Source: a bacterium (GTDB taxonomy: Bacteria > Actinomycetota > Acidimicrobiia > Spongiisociales > JAENVV01). From it: a stretch of DNA of 64,000 bases. Below the pieces are notes generated by a model. The model did not search any database. It had not been told where the DNA came from and worked only from the letters and a program-made list of their open reading frames with translations. The position numbers and the translations under genes are program-made. Each line of letters begins with the position of its first letter. The first letter of the stretch is position 1. Location of the stretch: assembly GCA_024641305.1 (NCBI GenBank), contig JAHEDI010000006.1, positions 24,149 through 88,148 of the forward strand, written 5' to 3'. Below, one piece after another: positions 27,435-38,550 of the stretch.

Positions 27435-28456
27435 CCGACCAGTCCCGGCAGGATTCGTAGGAGCTCGGGTGGACCTTGCACGAGCATGGTCGTGATTACC
27501 GTCTCGGACCACCGCTCCATTTCGTCACGGATCTTTTCCGGTGGACCGACCAACGCCACGTCCTCAACCATCGCCAACGGAATCGAAGCAATGGCCTCGG
27601 CTTTCTTGCCTGCCAGGTACAGGTCCTGAATCCGGTGGGCTTCGGCTTCGTACCCCATGCGGGCGATGACGTCGAAGTGGAAATTGGCGCCTTTGGCTCC
27701 CATGCCACCCACGTAGAGTGCCAGCATCGGACGGATGACATCAGCGGCCTGCTCAGGGTCAGGATTCACAATCACCGGAACGGGGCAGGCGACCTCGAAG
27801 TCGTCGAAGTCGCGCCGGGCGCCATCTCTGGCGAATCCCTCGGCGAGCGCTTCCCGGTAGAACGCATCTGAACGAGGCGAAAACCAGAATGGGAACCATC
27901 CGTCGGCGATTTCGGCCGCCAATGCAACGTTCTTGGGGCCTTCAGCTCCCAGGTAGATCGGGATATCGGATCGCCGAGGATGAATCGTCGCTTTGAGCGC
28001 TTTCCCTAGACCGGTTCCCCCATCGTATGGCAACTCGTAGTGCTGACCATGGAATTCGACCGGTTCGTCTCGGGCGACGACTCGCCGGACGATCTCGACA
28101 TACTCCCGGGTTCTGGCGAGGGGTTTGGGATACGGTTGTCCGTACCATCCTTCGACCACCTGGGGCCCTGACACGCCTAGTCCCAGCACAAATCTTCCTT
28201 CAGAAAGGTGATCCATGGTCATCGCCGCCATGGCGGTGGCGGTCGGGGTCCTGGCAGCCATCTGCATGATGGCAGTCCCGAGACGTAACTGCTTGGTACG
28301 CGCCCCCCACCAGGCGAGTGGGCTCAGTGCGTCGGATCCATAAGCTTCTGCGGTCCAGAGGCTCTCGTAACCCAGGTCTTCGGCCTCGGCGACTAACTCG
28401 GCCATTCCGGTCGGCGGCTGGGCGCTCCAATAACCGGTCATCAGCCCAAGATTCAT
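27431..28456 (-). CDS. LLM-class (luciferase-like) F420-dependent oxidoreductase
   Basis: Track ORF trimmed to [10 protein letters not shown] (start 28456). Luciferase-like monooxygenase TIM-barrel family. Confidence 0.75.
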   Translation of the reverse strand: MNLGLMTGYWSAQPPTGMAELVAEAEDLGYESLWTAEAYGSDALSPLAWWGARTKQLRLGTAIMQMAARTPTATAMAAMTMDHLSEGRFVLGLGVSGPQVVEGWYGQPYPKPLARTREYVEIVRRVVARDEPVEFHGQHYELPYDGGTGLGKALKATIHPRRSDIPIYLGAEGPKNVALAAEIADGWFPFWFSPRSDAFYREALAEGFARDGARRDFDDFEVACPVPVIVNPDPEQAADVIRPMLALYVGGMGAKGANFHFDVIARMGYEAEAHRIQDLYLAGKKAEAIASIPLAMVEDVALVGPPEKIRDEMERWSETVITTMLVQGPPELLRILPGLVG

Positions 28457-28517
28457 GCGTATGCCCCTCACGGTGCTGGTTGTAAAGAAGGCTAGCCGTG
28501 GAGGTAGGATCCTCAGG

Positions 28518-29855
28518 ATGCACGACGATTTCACATGGGGGGTCGCCACTTCCGCCTATCAAATCGAAGGCGGTCGGTTTGAAGATGGCAAGGCACCATC
28601 GATCTGGGACACCTTCTCTGACATAGGAGACCTCCCCGAGTCTGGCGATGTGGCCTGCGACCACTATCACCGCTACCTCGACGACATCGCACTGATGGCC
28701 GATCTCGGAATCGACGCCTATCGAATGTCCATCGCCTGGACCCGGGTGGTCGACGCTGCAGGAAACCCCAATCTCGCCGGTCTAGCCTTCTATGACCGAA
28801 TTATCGACGCTCTCCTGGCGGCCGGGATCGTGCCCTGGGTGACGCTTTATCACTGGGACCTTCCCCAATCAATCGAAGACGAAGGCGGGTGGCCGAACCG
28901 TTCTGTCGTAGAAGCGTTCGACGTCTACGCCGCGATCGCGTCGAAACATTTCGGTGCTCGAGTCAAGAACTGGATCACCATCAACGAACCGTGGGTCGTG
29001 TCAATGCTCGGGTATAAGGATGGTGTGTTCGCCCCGGGGAGAACCTCCTTTGCTGATGCCCTCGCCGCCGCTCACCACCAACTCCTGGCGCACGGGCGGG
29101 CCGTCGGTACGATTCGGGCCAATGTTCCCGATGCCAGGGTGGGAATTGCGTTGGATTGCCGCCCCTGCCGACCAGCTACCCCGAACCCGGATGACGAAGC
29201 GGCCAGTCGCTATTTCGACGGCTATCGAAACCGGTGGTTCTTCGATCCTGTAGCCGGGTTGGGATATCCGGCGGACATGCTCAGCGCCTTCGAGGCACGC
29301 GGACATTTGACCTCCACCACCCCTGAATGGCTCAAATCAGGCGATCTCGAGACGATCTCAGCCCGGCTGGATTTTCTCGGCGTGAACTACTACACCTCCG
29401 TCGCCGTCAGGCACGGGCACGACGAGGACGAAGCCACCGACGTGCCATCCGGGCCATATCCGCCTTCTGGCTATACGGAGATGGGATGGCAGATCACGCC
29501 GGATGCTCTCCACGAGTATCTTGTTCACCTGCACAAGGTCTACCAGCCCAACTCGATCGTCATCACCGAGAATGGGGCCAGCTTTGGCGACGGCCCTGAT
29601 CTGACCGGACGGGTGGCCGACATCCGACGCCAGGATTACCTTGAGCAACACACAGGAGCCGTCAGAAGGGCCATCGCCGACGGCGTTCCAGTTGACGGCT
29701 ACTTTCTGTGGAGCTTCATGGACAATCTCGAATGGACTTCCGGCTACGCCCAACGGTTCGGTGTCGTTCACGTAGATCACGATACGCTGGTGCGGACACC
29801 CAAGGACTCGTTCTACTGGTATCAGGAAGCCATCGGACGAGCCCGCACTTCTTGA
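28518..29855 (+). CDS. Glycoside hydrolase family 1 beta-glucosidase
   Basis: Trimmed to MHDDFTWGVATSAYQIEGG. GH1 motifs TINEPW (acid/base) and ITENG (nucleophile). Confidence 0.85.
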   Translation: MHDDFTWGVATSAYQIEGGRFEDGKAPSIWDTFSDIGDLPESGDVACDHYHRYLDDIALMADLGIDAYRMSIAWTRVVDAAGNPNLAGLAFYDRIIDALLAAGIVPWVTLYHWDLPQSIEDEGGWPNRSVVEAFDVYAAIASKHFGARVKNWITINEPWVVSMLGYKDGVFAPGRTSFADALAAAHHQLLAHGRAVGTIRANVPDARVGIALDCRPCRPATPNPDDEAASRYFDGYRNRWFFDPVAGLGYPADMLSAFEARGHLTSTTPEWLKSGDLETISARLDFLGVNYYTSVAVRHGHDEDEATDVPSGPYPPSGYTEMGWQITPDALHEYLVHLHKVYQPNSIVITENGASFGDGPDLTGRVADIRRQDYLEQHTGAVRRAIADGVPVDGYFLWSFMDNLEWTSGYAQRFGVVHVDHDTLVRTPKDSFYWYQEAIGRARTS

Positions 29856-29996
29856 CGGCCGCCTCGCCAGACATGAAGCCACACGACATCGACCTGCCGA
29901 CCACGGTTCCAAACGATCAACGGGTGCTGGTCTTCACCCACGGAACCGACAACCCATGTCCACCAGACGAGGGCTGACTACTCTGCGGGTTGTCTG

Positions 29997-32387
29997 ATGT
30001 CGATCGCCACCACGCGTATGCCGGGTCTTACAAACGAGCAAGTCGCCGAGCGCATGGCCGCCGGACTCCGTAACGTCAGACCGTCAGGGCCCGATCGGAC
30101 GACGGGCGACATCGTCAGGGCAAATACCCTCACCCGCTTCAACCTGCTCATCACGGTCCTCGTTGTGGTCATCGTCTTTGTGGCACCGATCCAGGATGCT
30201 CTGTTCGGGTTTGTCATGGTCATCAACTCATTGATCGGAATCTTCCAAGAACTGCGCGCCAAATTGACCCTCGACAAGCTGCGCCTGATCCAGGCTCCCC
30301 ACGCCACCGTGATCCGCAACGGAGTCGAAACCTCGGTCGCAGTAGAAGACGTGGTTCAAGACGACGAATTACTTGTTGGGTCGGGCGATCAGATCATCGT
30401 TGACGGTACCATCACGAATAGCCGTGGCCTGGAGATCGACGAGAGCCTCCTGACCGGAGAGGCCGATCCGGTCACCAAGCAAGTCGGTGACTACGCCCGA
30501 TCGGGAAGTTTTGTGGTCGCCGGATCAGGATCCATGCGGGCCGAACACGTCGGGGTCGATTCGTTCGCCGCCCAACTGGCGGTAGAAGCGCGCAAATTCA
30601 CACTCGTCAATTCAGAAATCCGATCGGCGATCGACACGTTGCTCATGATGATCGGATGGATGCTCTTCCCGATCGGCGCCATCCTCATCATCGGTCAGTT
30701 AACACAAGGCTTCTCGGAAGCTGCCACCGGGGCGGTCGCCGGGATGGTTGCCATGATCCCCCAGGGTCTGGTACTGCTCACCTCGGTGGCTTTTGCGGTG
30801 GCGGTCGTACGGCTCGGCCGTCATCGGGTCCTCGTGCAGGAGTTGCCGGCTGTCGAGACGTTGGCAAGGGTCGACGTGGTCTGTTTTGACAAGACCGGCA
30901 CCTTGACCGAGGGAACCCTTCGCCTGGTCGCCACCCAACTCATTAGCGGAGACAAAGACACGGTCCGTCAGGCACTCGGAGCGATTTCGCGGGTCGAGGT
31001 GCAACCCAACGCCACCGCCCGCCTTCTGGCGGACGCTACGAAAGATCCCGGATGGCGGATCATCGGGTCGGTACCGTTCTCGTCAGAGCGTAAATGGTCA
31101 GGAGCCAGTTTTCACCAGCGCGGTACCTGGATTCTTGGAGCTCCAGACATCATCGTGTCGCACCACACTTCGCTTGCCAAGACGGTGGCGAAACATACCA
31201 ATTCCGGCCGGCGGGTTGTCGCCCTCGCCTACACAGACGAGGCGCTGACCACCACCGATTTGCCATCAGATCTCGTTCCGTGGGCGTTGATCATTGTGGG
31301 CGACACCGTGCGCCCTGACGCTCGCGCGGCCTTGGACTATTTCGCCGACCAAGGCGTGGCAGTCAAGATCATCTCGGGAGATGACCCTCGAACCGTAGCA
31401 AGCATCGCCAAAGCAGCAGGAGTCAGTGGATCCAATCGCGTGGTTGATGGAAGCCGCCTTCCGACCGATCCGACCCGGCTCCGTTCCATCGCCGAGCGAG
31501 GAGTCGTCTTCGGGCGAATCACCCCCCACCAGAAGAAGGAGCTGATCCTCGCCCTTCAAGCCAACGGACACACGGTGGCAATGACCGGGGACGGTGTCAA
31601 CGACGTCCTGGCCCTCAAGGAAGCCGATATCGGGGTAGCCATGGGGGGCGGGAGTTCCGCCTCGCGAGCCGTATCCCAGCTCATACTGCTCGACGGAACA
31701 TTCGATGCCCTGCCCCATGTCGTTGCGGAGGGCCGACGTGTTATCGGGAACATCGAACGGGTCTCGAACTTGTTCCTCACCAAGACGGTCTATGCGATGG
31801 CACTTGCGGTATCGACGTCGCTCTCGCAACTCGCCTACCCGTTTCTTCCCCGCCAACTCAGCCTGGTTGGCGCTCTGACCATCGGCATCCCTGGCTTTTT
31901 CCTGGCCCTTCAACCGTCATCTACCCCAGTCCGTCCCGGATTTCTCCTCCGGGTATTCCGATTTGCCATACCGACCGGATTGATCGCGGCCGCGGCCACC
32001 TACAGCGCCTACGGCCTGGCCCGCAACCAGGGTGTCCCACTGGGCGAGGCCAGAACAACCGCCACGCTCGTCCTGGTGGCCGTAAGTCTGTTTGCCCTAC
32101 TCGTCGTGAGCCGACCGTTGACCACCGCCCGCCAGGTTCTCGTGATGGCGATGACCGGGCTGTTCATGGTGACGATGGCGCTTGAATCTGCCAGGGTCTT
32201 CTACGAACTGCCGCTCCCAACAGCCATCGTCATCTGGGCGTCGATAGGGATCGCCGCCTTTACCGGAGCGATCATGTATACGGCCTGGCAGCTTTCCGGC
32301 TGGATAGCCCAGGGTGGAGTTAACTCGTTCGTGGCCGCGATCGTCACGGTTTTCAGGGGCGACCGGTCCGGCGATGACAACAACTAG
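29997..32387 (+). CDS. P-type cation-transporting ATPase (P2-type, Ca2+/Mg2+-like)
   Basis: 796 aa. CFDKTGTLTEG phosphorylation motif, MTGDGVNDVLALKEADIGVAMG hinge, 8-10 TM segments. Confidence 0.85.
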   Translation: MSIATTRMPGLTNEQVAERMAAGLRNVRPSGPDRTTGDIVRANTLTRFNLLITVLVVVIVFVAPIQDALFGFVMVINSLIGIFQELRAKLTLDKLRLIQAPHATVIRNGVETSVAVEDVVQDDELLVGSGDQIIVDGTITNSRGLEIDESLLTGEADPVTKQVGDYARSGSFVVAGSGSMRAEHVGVDSFAAQLAVEARKFTLVNSEIRSAIDTLLMMIGWMLFPIGAILIIGQLTQGFSEAATGAVAGMVAMIPQGLVLLTSVAFAVAVVRLGRHRVLVQELPAVETLARVDVVCFDKTGTLTEGTLRLVATQLISGDKDTVRQALGAISRVEVQPNATARLLADATKDPGWRIIGSVPFSSERKWSGASFHQRGTWILGAPDIIVSHHTSLAKTVAKHTNSGRRVVALAYTDEALTTTDLPSDLVPWALIIVGDTVRPDARAALDYFADQGVAVKIISGDDPRTVASIAKAAGVSGSNRVVDGSRLPTDPTRLRSIAERGVVFGRITPHQKKELILALQANGHTVAMTGDGVNDVLALKEADIGVAMGGGSSASRAVSQLILLDGTFDALPHVVAEGRRVIGNIERVSNLFLTKTVYAMALAVSTSLSQLAYPFLPRQLSLVGALTIGIPGFFLALQPSSTPVRPGFLLRVFRFAIPTGLIAAAATYSAYGLARNQGVPLGEARTTATLVLVAVSLFALLVVSRPLTTARQVLVMAMTGLFMVTMALESARVFYELPLPTAIVIWASIGIAAFTGAIMYTAWQLSGWIAQGGVNSFVAAIVTVFRGDRSGDDNN

Positions 32388-33273
32388 ATACGTTGGAGCC
32401 CTCCTTCTCATCGCAATGATGTCGGCCGCCTGCATTGCCGAACCGATCGAGCGCTCGCCCTTGAACACATACCCACCAATAGATGGTCCGACGAACCCGG
32501 CGATTATTCGAAACCCTACGACCAGCGTTCCGCTCGAACGTGTTGAGGTGATCGCGCTGGCCAGGGACCAAACCCTGACTGGCTCGATCAGGTATGACGT
32601 CTACGGACCGGAACAGGGCGCAGAATTACCCGTTCTCGTGATCGTCCATGACCTCGATGGAGCCGAACAGGCCACCGAGCTGGGACTGGCGCTGGCCACC
32701 GAGAATATCGTGATAATCCCCCGTTACGCCAGCCCGATCAGAGGAGGACGATTCCCCGATCCTTTGTCTGCCGCCCGATGCGCACTTGCTCTGGCCTCTG
32801 ACGCCTCCGTGTTCGGCGGCGATCCCGACCAGGTCCAAATGATCGGAGCCGGGTTCGGAGCGTTGGCCGCTTTCATCGTGCTGACCACCGACGACCTGTA
32901 CCTGCCTGCCAGCTGCGAATACACCGGGTCGGCGAAACCGGCTCGGCTGATAGCGATCGGCGGCACCTGGAGCCCTTCCCAGCTTGCGGCCGATGCATTC
33001 GACGCCATGAATGCCTTCATGGGTGGGACTGCCGAGCAGGCCCCAGCCACCTGGGAGCTGCTCAACCCTGATCAGTACGTTGATAGGCCACCGTTCGAGA
33101 TCACGTTGCTCCAGGGCGACAGCGACCCGAACCCGGAGGTGACCGACGTATTTGCCGACCAACTACTCGAAGCCGGCTGGCCGGTGATCGGCGGGGTCAT
33201 CCGGCAAAACAGCAGCCGAAGCGCGCTAACCAACGCTACAGACGAAATCGCCGACTACCTCGACAGGAGTTAG
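32374..33273 (+). CDS. Lipoprotein, alpha/beta-hydrolase-like
   Basis: Start ATG 32374 overlaps the ATPase 3' end by 14 nt. Signal and lipobox [20 protein letters not shown]. Confidence 0.5.
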   Translation: MTTTRYVGALLLIAMMSAACIAEPIERSPLNTYPPIDGPTNPAIIRNPTTSVPLERVEVIALARDQTLTGSIRYDVYGPEQGAELPVLVIVHDLDGAEQATELGLALATENIVIIPRYASPIRGGRFPDPLSAARCALALASDASVFGGDPDQVQMIGAGFGALAAFIVLTTDDLYLPASCEYTGSAKPARLIAIGGTWSPSQLAADAFDAMNAFMGGTAEQAPATWELLNPDQYVDRPPFEITLLQGDSDPNPEVTDVFADQLLEAGWPVIGGVIRQNSSRSALTNATDEIADYLDRS

Positions 33274-34505
33274 TGAAGCTCCTCGAGTTTGTCGTTCTTG
33301 CCAATAACGATGATCCCGCCGTCAGAGACGGTAAATTTCTCCCGGTCGGCGTCGAGATCGACTCCAATCTTCATGCCGGCCGGCACCCAAACGTTCTTGT
33401 CGATGATGGCGTTCCTCACCACCGCTCCCCGACCAACCCTGACGTTCTCGAAGAGGATGGAACCTTCGATCTCTGAGAAAGAGTTGATCCGAACCAGGGG
33501 CGACAGAATCGATTGGACGACGTGACCGCCGGACACCACTGCCCCGGACGAAACCATCGAGTTGATGGCCCGACCGCGCCGCTCACCCTCATTGTGGATG
33601 AACTTGGCCGGAGGGTGGGTCGGCTGCCAGGTTCTGATCGGCCAGGACTCGTTGTAGAGGTCGAAGATGGGATCGAGAGCAATCAGGTCCATCGAGGCTT
33701 CGTAGTATGAATCAATGGTTCCCACATCACGCCAATACCCCAGCTCCCGGTGGCTCTGCCCGGGAACGACGTTGGACGCATAGTCATAGACGTGTGCGAC
33801 TCCCGCCGCCACCAGCGCCGGGATGATGTTTCCGCCGAGGTCGTGCTTGGATTCTTCATCCTCGGCATCGGCCCTGATGACCTCTTCGAGCACATCTCTT
33901 CTGAAGATGTAGCTGCCCATCGAAGCGAACGCGAGAGAAGGATCATCGGGAATCGTTGGCGGAACAGCGGGCTTCTCGACGAAGGCCTTGATGCGACCGC
34001 TGCTATCGGCGTCGATGACTCCAAAATCTGTGGCATCGTTGACAGGAACCCGGATTCCGGCCACGGTGACCCCGGCTCCTGACGCAATATGGGCATCGAG
34101 CATCTGCCTCGGATCCATCCGGTAGATGTGATCGGCACCGAAGACGATGACATGGTCAGGGCGCTCGTCATCAAGGATGTTGAGGTTCTGAAAGATCGCA
34201 TCTGCCGATCCGGAATACCAGCGGGGGCCTCGCCGCATCTGAGCCGGAACGGCGGTGACGTAGTTACCAAGGATCGGCGAAAGACGCCAGGTCTGGCTCA
34301 AGTGCTTGTCGAGACTGTGACTTTTGTATTGTGTGAGAACCGCGATGTGGTGGAAGTGGGCATTTGTGAGATTCGACAGCACAAAGTCGATGAGCCGGTA
34401 ATGGCCACCGAAGGGGACCGCCGGTTTCGCTCGCGATCTCGTAAGGGGATGCAATCGCTTGCCTTCACCGCCGGCCAGGACCATGGTCATAATGCGTTGG
34501 CTCAT
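33270..34505 (-). CDS. glgC: Glucose-1-phosphate adenylyltransferase
   Basis: 411 aa. [24 protein letters not shown] nucleotidyltransferase motif and C-terminal left-handed beta-helix. Confidence 0.9.
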   Translation of the reverse strand: MSQRIMTMVLAGGEGKRLHPLTRSRAKPAVPFGGHYRLIDFVLSNLTNAHFHHIAVLTQYKSHSLDKHLSQTWRLSPILGNYVTAVPAQMRRGPRWYSGSADAIFQNLNILDDERPDHVIVFGADHIYRMDPRQMLDAHIASGAGVTVAGIRVPVNDATDFGVIDADSSGRIKAFVEKPAVPPTIPDDPSLAFASMGSYIFRRDVLEEVIRADAEDEESKHDLGGNIIPALVAAGVAHVYDYASNVVPGQSHRELGYWRDVGTIDSYYEASMDLIALDPIFDLYNESWPIRTWQPTHPPAKFIHNEGERRGRAINSMVSSGAVVSGGHVVQSILSPLVRINSFSEIEGSILFENVRVGRGAVVRNAIIDKNVWVPAGMKIGVDLDADREKFTVSDGGIIVIGKNDKLEELH

Positions 34506-34550
34506 GGGGTCAAACTAGTCCGGGGACGTTGCTGGTGTCAGAATGGCGCA

Positions 34551-35024
34551 GTGAAGTATTTCATTTTACTGATCCTCCTCGTGGTTCTTACCGCCTGCGC
34601 TCCACCCGCAAGCCCGGCCTCACCGGTTGCCATCCCCGAGGTAACGGCCGCCGAGTTCCTTGAAACGCTCAAGACCTCCGACCTTCCCATCGTTGTCAAT
34701 GTGTGGGCATCGTGGTGTCTTCCCTGCCGGGCTGAGGCTCCCCTCCTGCGAGAGGCCGCCATCCAATACGCCGGCGCCGTCACCTTTCTCGGCGTTGACA
34801 TTCAGGATCGACCGGAAGACGCGGCCGCCTTCATTGGCGAGTTTCGGTTGGACTTTGACCATGTTGCCGACCCGAACCGCGCCATTCCGGCTGCTCTGGG
34901 GGGGGTCGGCGTCCCCATCACCTACTTCGTCGCTCCGGGGGGGAAAATCATCTCGACGCACGTGGGAATCATCGACGAACGAACCCTCGTGTCCGGCATC
35001 GATGACCTTGTTCGGCAGCCCTGA
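34551..35024 (+). CDS. TlpA/ResA-like thiol:disulfide oxidoreductase lipoprotein (Cys-containing CxxC form)
   Basis: GTG 34551 gives (M)KYFILLILLVVLTAC signal and lipobox. Thioredoxin motif VWASWCLPCRAEAP. Confidence 0.7.
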   Translation: MKYFILLILLVVLTACAPPASPASPVAIPEVTAAEFLETLKTSDLPIVVNVWASWCLPCRAEAPLLREAAIQYAGAVTFLGVDIQDRPEDAAAFIGEFRLDFDHVADPNRAIPAALGGVGVPITYFVAPGGKIISTHVGIIDERTLVSGIDDLVRQP

Positions 35025-35653
35025 TGGAGTTCACTTTGCTGGGGGCGGTCTTGCTGGGCGCTGGAACAATGTGGATGACGGATCGCGTCCTGAACCGCCG
35101 GCAGCGCCGATTCGACGATCTCCTCGGCGCAACCCTGATGGGTCTGCTCGTGGGACGACTGGCCGCCATGGTGTCCGGTGGCTCCTACCCCTGGTCACAC
35201 CCTGGACTCATTCTCCTTGTCAGGGCAGGCGTCCACCCCGGCTGGGCATCGATCGGGGCACTCGGATCACTGGCATGGCGTTTCCGATCCACCTCGCTGC
35301 CGATTTCGCTTGGCCCGTTGGCCGTTCCTGCCCTGATGGGCCTGAGCGGCTGGGAACTGGGCTGTGTGGTCCGGTCTGCCTGTGGCGGGGTTACCGTCGG
35401 CTCGTGGGAAGTGCCGATCGGCGGGTTGGCCGGACTTGCCATCGGATTGGCGGCGCTGATCGTGTATCGGCTGCCGCTTCGTACCAAAGCGGCGGCGGCC
35501 CTTGTTGCGGCCGGACTGGTGCGGGCCGCCGCGGATCCGTTTCGCAGCGCCCTAAACCACTCGGTCATCTGGTGGTATCTGGCGGCTGTGGTGATAGGGG
35601 TGGCCCTCGCAATTACCTGGACAAGCTCGGCCGTCAGAACGAGTCCCGAGTAG
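35024..35653 (+). CDS. Integral membrane protein, translationally coupled to the TlpA-like gene
   Basis: 209 aa, about 5-6 TM segments. TGATG stop/start overlap with the upstream thioredoxin gene. Cys pair in CVVRSACGG. Confidence 0.55.
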   Translation: MEFTLLGAVLLGAGTMWMTDRVLNRRQRRFDDLLGATLMGLLVGRLAAMVSGGSYPWSHPGLILLVRAGVHPGWASIGALGSLAWRFRSTSLPISLGPLAVPALMGLSGWELGCVVRSACGGVTVGSWEVPIGGLAGLAIGLAALIVYRLPLRTKAAAALVAAGLVRAAADPFRSALNHSVIWWYLAAVVIGVALAITWTSSAVRTSPE

Positions 35654-35681
35654 TGTTCGCCCACCAAGACCAAGAGGTTCG

Positions 35682-36581
35682 ATGCCCGCCAATGAGATCT
35701 ATGAACTGCTCAATGCCATAACGCCGTCGATCCAGATCCTGATGGACGAGCACCGCGAGCGACGTGAGCATTGGTACGCCCATGAACTCGTCCCCTGGGA
35801 GCTGGGGCGCAACTTCAAAGATGAACCATGGGATGAGTCGCAGTGCACGATCTCGCCGGAAGCCCGCACGTCATTGGTATTGAACCTGCTTACCGAAGAC
35901 AACCTTCCGTACTACCACAGCGAGATCGAACTGCATTCGAAGGATCACGAATTGCTCGCCGAATGGAATCGACAGTGGACAGCTGAAGAAGGCCAACACG
36001 CCATCGCCATCCGGTCCTACTTGCTCACCTCACGCAACTGCGACCCTCATGAACTCGAGGACGACCGCTTGGCCACCATGACCACAGGATATTCGACGGG
36101 ACTTCCGAATCCGGTTGCCCTCTTTGCGTACACGTCGGCACAGGAACTCGCCACCAGGGTCTCGCATCGTAACGCCGGTCGGATAACCGATGATCCGGTC
36201 GCCTACGAGATCATGTCACGGATCGCCGTCGACGAAAACCACCATTTCATGTTCTATCGTGGGGCAGTCACCGCCATGCTGGCCGAAAACCCGTCGGTTG
36301 TACTGCCCGAGATCTACCGAGTGCTGTCCAACTTCGAGATGCCAGGGGTGGGAATGCCCAAGTACATGCGCCGCGCCCTGCAAATGGCCAAAGCGGGCGT
36401 CTACAACATGCGCATCCACCATGACCGGGTTCTGGTCCCCCTCATCCGCGATTGGAAGATCGAATCCATGGAAGGGCTGACCACCAAAGCCCAGGAGTTT
36501 CAGGAAAAGATCATGGGCATTCCGGCTCTCGCCAATCGGCAGGCCGAGACCTTCGAGAGAAGGTACGGTCTAGCTACTTGA
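35682..36581 (+). CDS. Acyl-ACP (stearoyl-ACP-type) desaturase, DesA1/DesA2-like
   Basis: 299 aa. Di-iron ligands EENRH-like (WTAEEGQHA, DENHHFMFY). Confidence 0.8.
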   Translation: MPANEIYELLNAITPSIQILMDEHRERREHWYAHELVPWELGRNFKDEPWDESQCTISPEARTSLVLNLLTEDNLPYYHSEIELHSKDHELLAEWNRQWTAEEGQHAIAIRSYLLTSRNCDPHELEDDRLATMTTGYSTGLPNPVALFAYTSAQELATRVSHRNAGRITDDPVAYEIMSRIAVDENHHFMFYRGAVTAMLAENPSVVLPEIYRVLSNFEMPGVGMPKYMRRALQMAKAGVYNMRIHHDRVLVPLIRDWKIESMEGLTTKAQEFQEKIMGIPALANRQAETFERRYGLAT

Positions 36582-36613
36582 CACGCAGGCTAATAGCGCT
36601 TTCAGCCTGCGTG
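36582..36613. terminator. Bidirectional terminator-like hairpin between the convergent desaturase and histidine kinase genes
   Basis: 10-bp inverted repeat CACGCAGGCT / AGCCTGCGTG with a 12-nt loop, read from the sequence. Spans both stop codons. Confidence 0.45.
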
Positions 36614-37780
36614 AGCCGGTAGCTCAAACCTCACTATTCCGCCGGGACCCTGCCCAATCCCGATCGTGCCATGATGAGCATCGATCACAGACTTGGCGAT
36701 CGCCAGACCGAGCCCTGAGCCCGAAGCGCTACGGGATGGGTCGTTGGTCGTGAAACGGTCAAAAGCAACCAGTTCAAAATCCGGATCAAAGCCGGGTCCT
36801 TGATCAGCCACTTCGACGATTCCACCAAGTCCGCCAACCGAGACCCGCACCAGAATCGCCGACCCGGCCGGCGCATACCGAATCGCGTTGTCGACCAGGT
36901 TCCGGATCAGCCGCCCAACCGCACTCGGATCAGCTTCCACGATCACCCGGGCTGGCGCTTGCACGATCAATTCGACTCGATTCGCCTGCGCGACCGTGAC
37001 CAGACTGTCAACCGTTTCGTCGGCGAGTTCGGCGAGGTCGATGGCAACCGGTACGATCCCACCGGCTTCGACCCGTCCCAGAATCGATAGGTCATCGACC
37101 AAACGCTCCAGAGTTCCCAGGTTGCCAACCAACCGATGCAACATGACACCCTCGTCGACGACCAGACCATCCTGGAGGGCCTCAAGACCTGCTCGAAGGC
37201 TCGAAAGTGGCGTTCGGAGATCATGGCCAACTGCGGCCAGAAAGTCGCGTCGCCCTTGCTCATCACGCTCCCGTTGACGTTTTGCCGAGTCGAGTTGGGC
37301 CACCATCTCGTCGACGGCCCGCGCCGTCGTTCCGATCTCGTCGGGACGATACACCCGGGTCCGAACCGACGTATCGCCGGCCGCCACAAGCTCAGCGGTC
37401 CTGGCGATTTGGGCCAGGTCGTCGGTTACCGAACCAGCCACGTTCAAGGCGAGCGTCAATCCGAGCGCCACACCCAGTCCCAACTCGACGAACATGAGCC
37501 TCAGATCGTGGGCGGTGAGGAACATGGGCGAAGCCATCACAGAGCCGAGGGCAGCCACGAGCACCGCTGACACCGCAATAATCTGAATCGTAAGCGTGAT
37601 CGACGTGAGACGGTTGGCGAACTTCCTCAGAATCCAGCCGACTGCGACCGTCACGACAGTCACTGCCCCGAAGATTCCGTAGAGCGCCAAACGCTCCGGA
37701 GCGCTCGGCTGCATGGCAGCTTCACTCAACGCCACCCAGACGGTCGCAAGGGCAACAACAATGATGACGAGCCGCGTCAT
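36602..37780 (-). CDS. Sensor histidine kinase
   Basis: 392 aa. Two N-terminal TM segments, HAMP, H-box (HDLRTPL) and HATPase_c (GSGLGLAIAKSV). Confidence 0.85.
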   Translation of the reverse strand: MTRLVIIVVALATVWVALSEAAMQPSAPERLALYGIFGAVTVVTVAVGWILRKFANRLTSITLTIQIIAVSAVLVAALGSVMASPMFLTAHDLRLMFVELGLGVALGLTLALNVAGSVTDDLAQIARTAELVAAGDTSVRTRVYRPDEIGTTARAVDEMVAQLDSAKRQRERDEQGRRDFLAAVGHDLRTPLSSLRAGLEALQDGLVVDEGVMLHRLVGNLGTLERLVDDLSILGRVEAGGIVPVAIDLAELADETVDSLVTVAQANRVELIVQAPARVIVEADPSAVGRLIRNLVDNAIRYAPAGSAILVRVSVGGLGGIVEVADQGPGFDPDFELVAFDRFTTNDPSRSASGSGLGLAIAKSVIDAHHGTIGIGQGPGGIVRFELPAHAG

Positions 37781-38490
37781 CCCTCGAACCTATACCCGAC
37801 CCCGCGCACGGTTACCAAACGGTCAGGACGTTCCGGATCTTTCTCGATCTTGTGGCGGATACGGCGAACGTGAACAGTGACAGTTGACGTGTCCTGCCAC
37901 TCCGACGACGAGTGCCAGACGTGGTCGAGGAGTTGGGAACGGGAAAAGACTTGCCGGGGCGAGGATGCCAGAAAGACCAACAGATCGAATTCCCTGGCGG
38001 TCAGCGTGGCCAACTCGCCGTTTACGGTCACCTCCCGACTGACCGTGTCAATCGTGAGCCCGTCGAACTCGAGAACGTCTACCCCAGGCTCGGGCTCGAC
38101 ATTCACCCGCCGCAAGACCGACCGAACCCGGGCAACCAACTCGCGGGGAGAAAACGGTTTGGAAACATAGTCATCGGCGCCCAACTCAAGTCCGATGATC
38201 CGATCGGCCTCCTCGGTGCGGGCGGTGAGAACGATAACCGGCACGGTGGAGTTGGCGCGGAGCTCTTTGAGGATGTTTAGTCCCCCCACCCCCGGCAACA
38301 TGAGATCCAGGATGAGTAAGTCGGGAAGACCCGTTCGCAGCTTTGCTACCGCTTCTGTCCCGGTGGCGGCGGTATCGACCAGGAAGCCGTCTCGCTGTAA
38401 ATAGGTCGTCATGACCTCGCGAATGGTGGGCTCATCGTCGACGATCATCACCCGGGTTTGCTTATTCATGAGGCCATCGTACGACAGCAC
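37777..38490 (-). CDS. OmpR-family response regulator
   Basis: 237 aa. Receiver domain (VMIVDDEP...DLLILDLMLPG) and winged-helix C-terminal domain. 4-nt overlap with the kinase gene. Confidence 0.9.
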   Translation of the reverse strand: MLSYDGLMNKQTRVMIVDDEPTIREVMTTYLQRDGFLVDTAATGTEAVAKLRTGLPDLLILDLMLPGVGGLNILKELRANSTVPVIVLTARTEEADRIIGLELGADDYVSKPFSPRELVARVRSVLRRVNVEPEPGVDVLEFDGLTIDTVSREVTVNGELATLTAREFDLLVFLASSPRQVFSRSQLLDHVWHSSSEWQDTSTVTVHVRRIRHKIEKDPERPDRLVTVRGVGYRFEG

Positions 38491-38550
38491 CCGAAACCCG
38501 CAACCCGTGTTCTTGCGATGTTCACCAATCGGTTCTCTGCCGTTCCTCTT

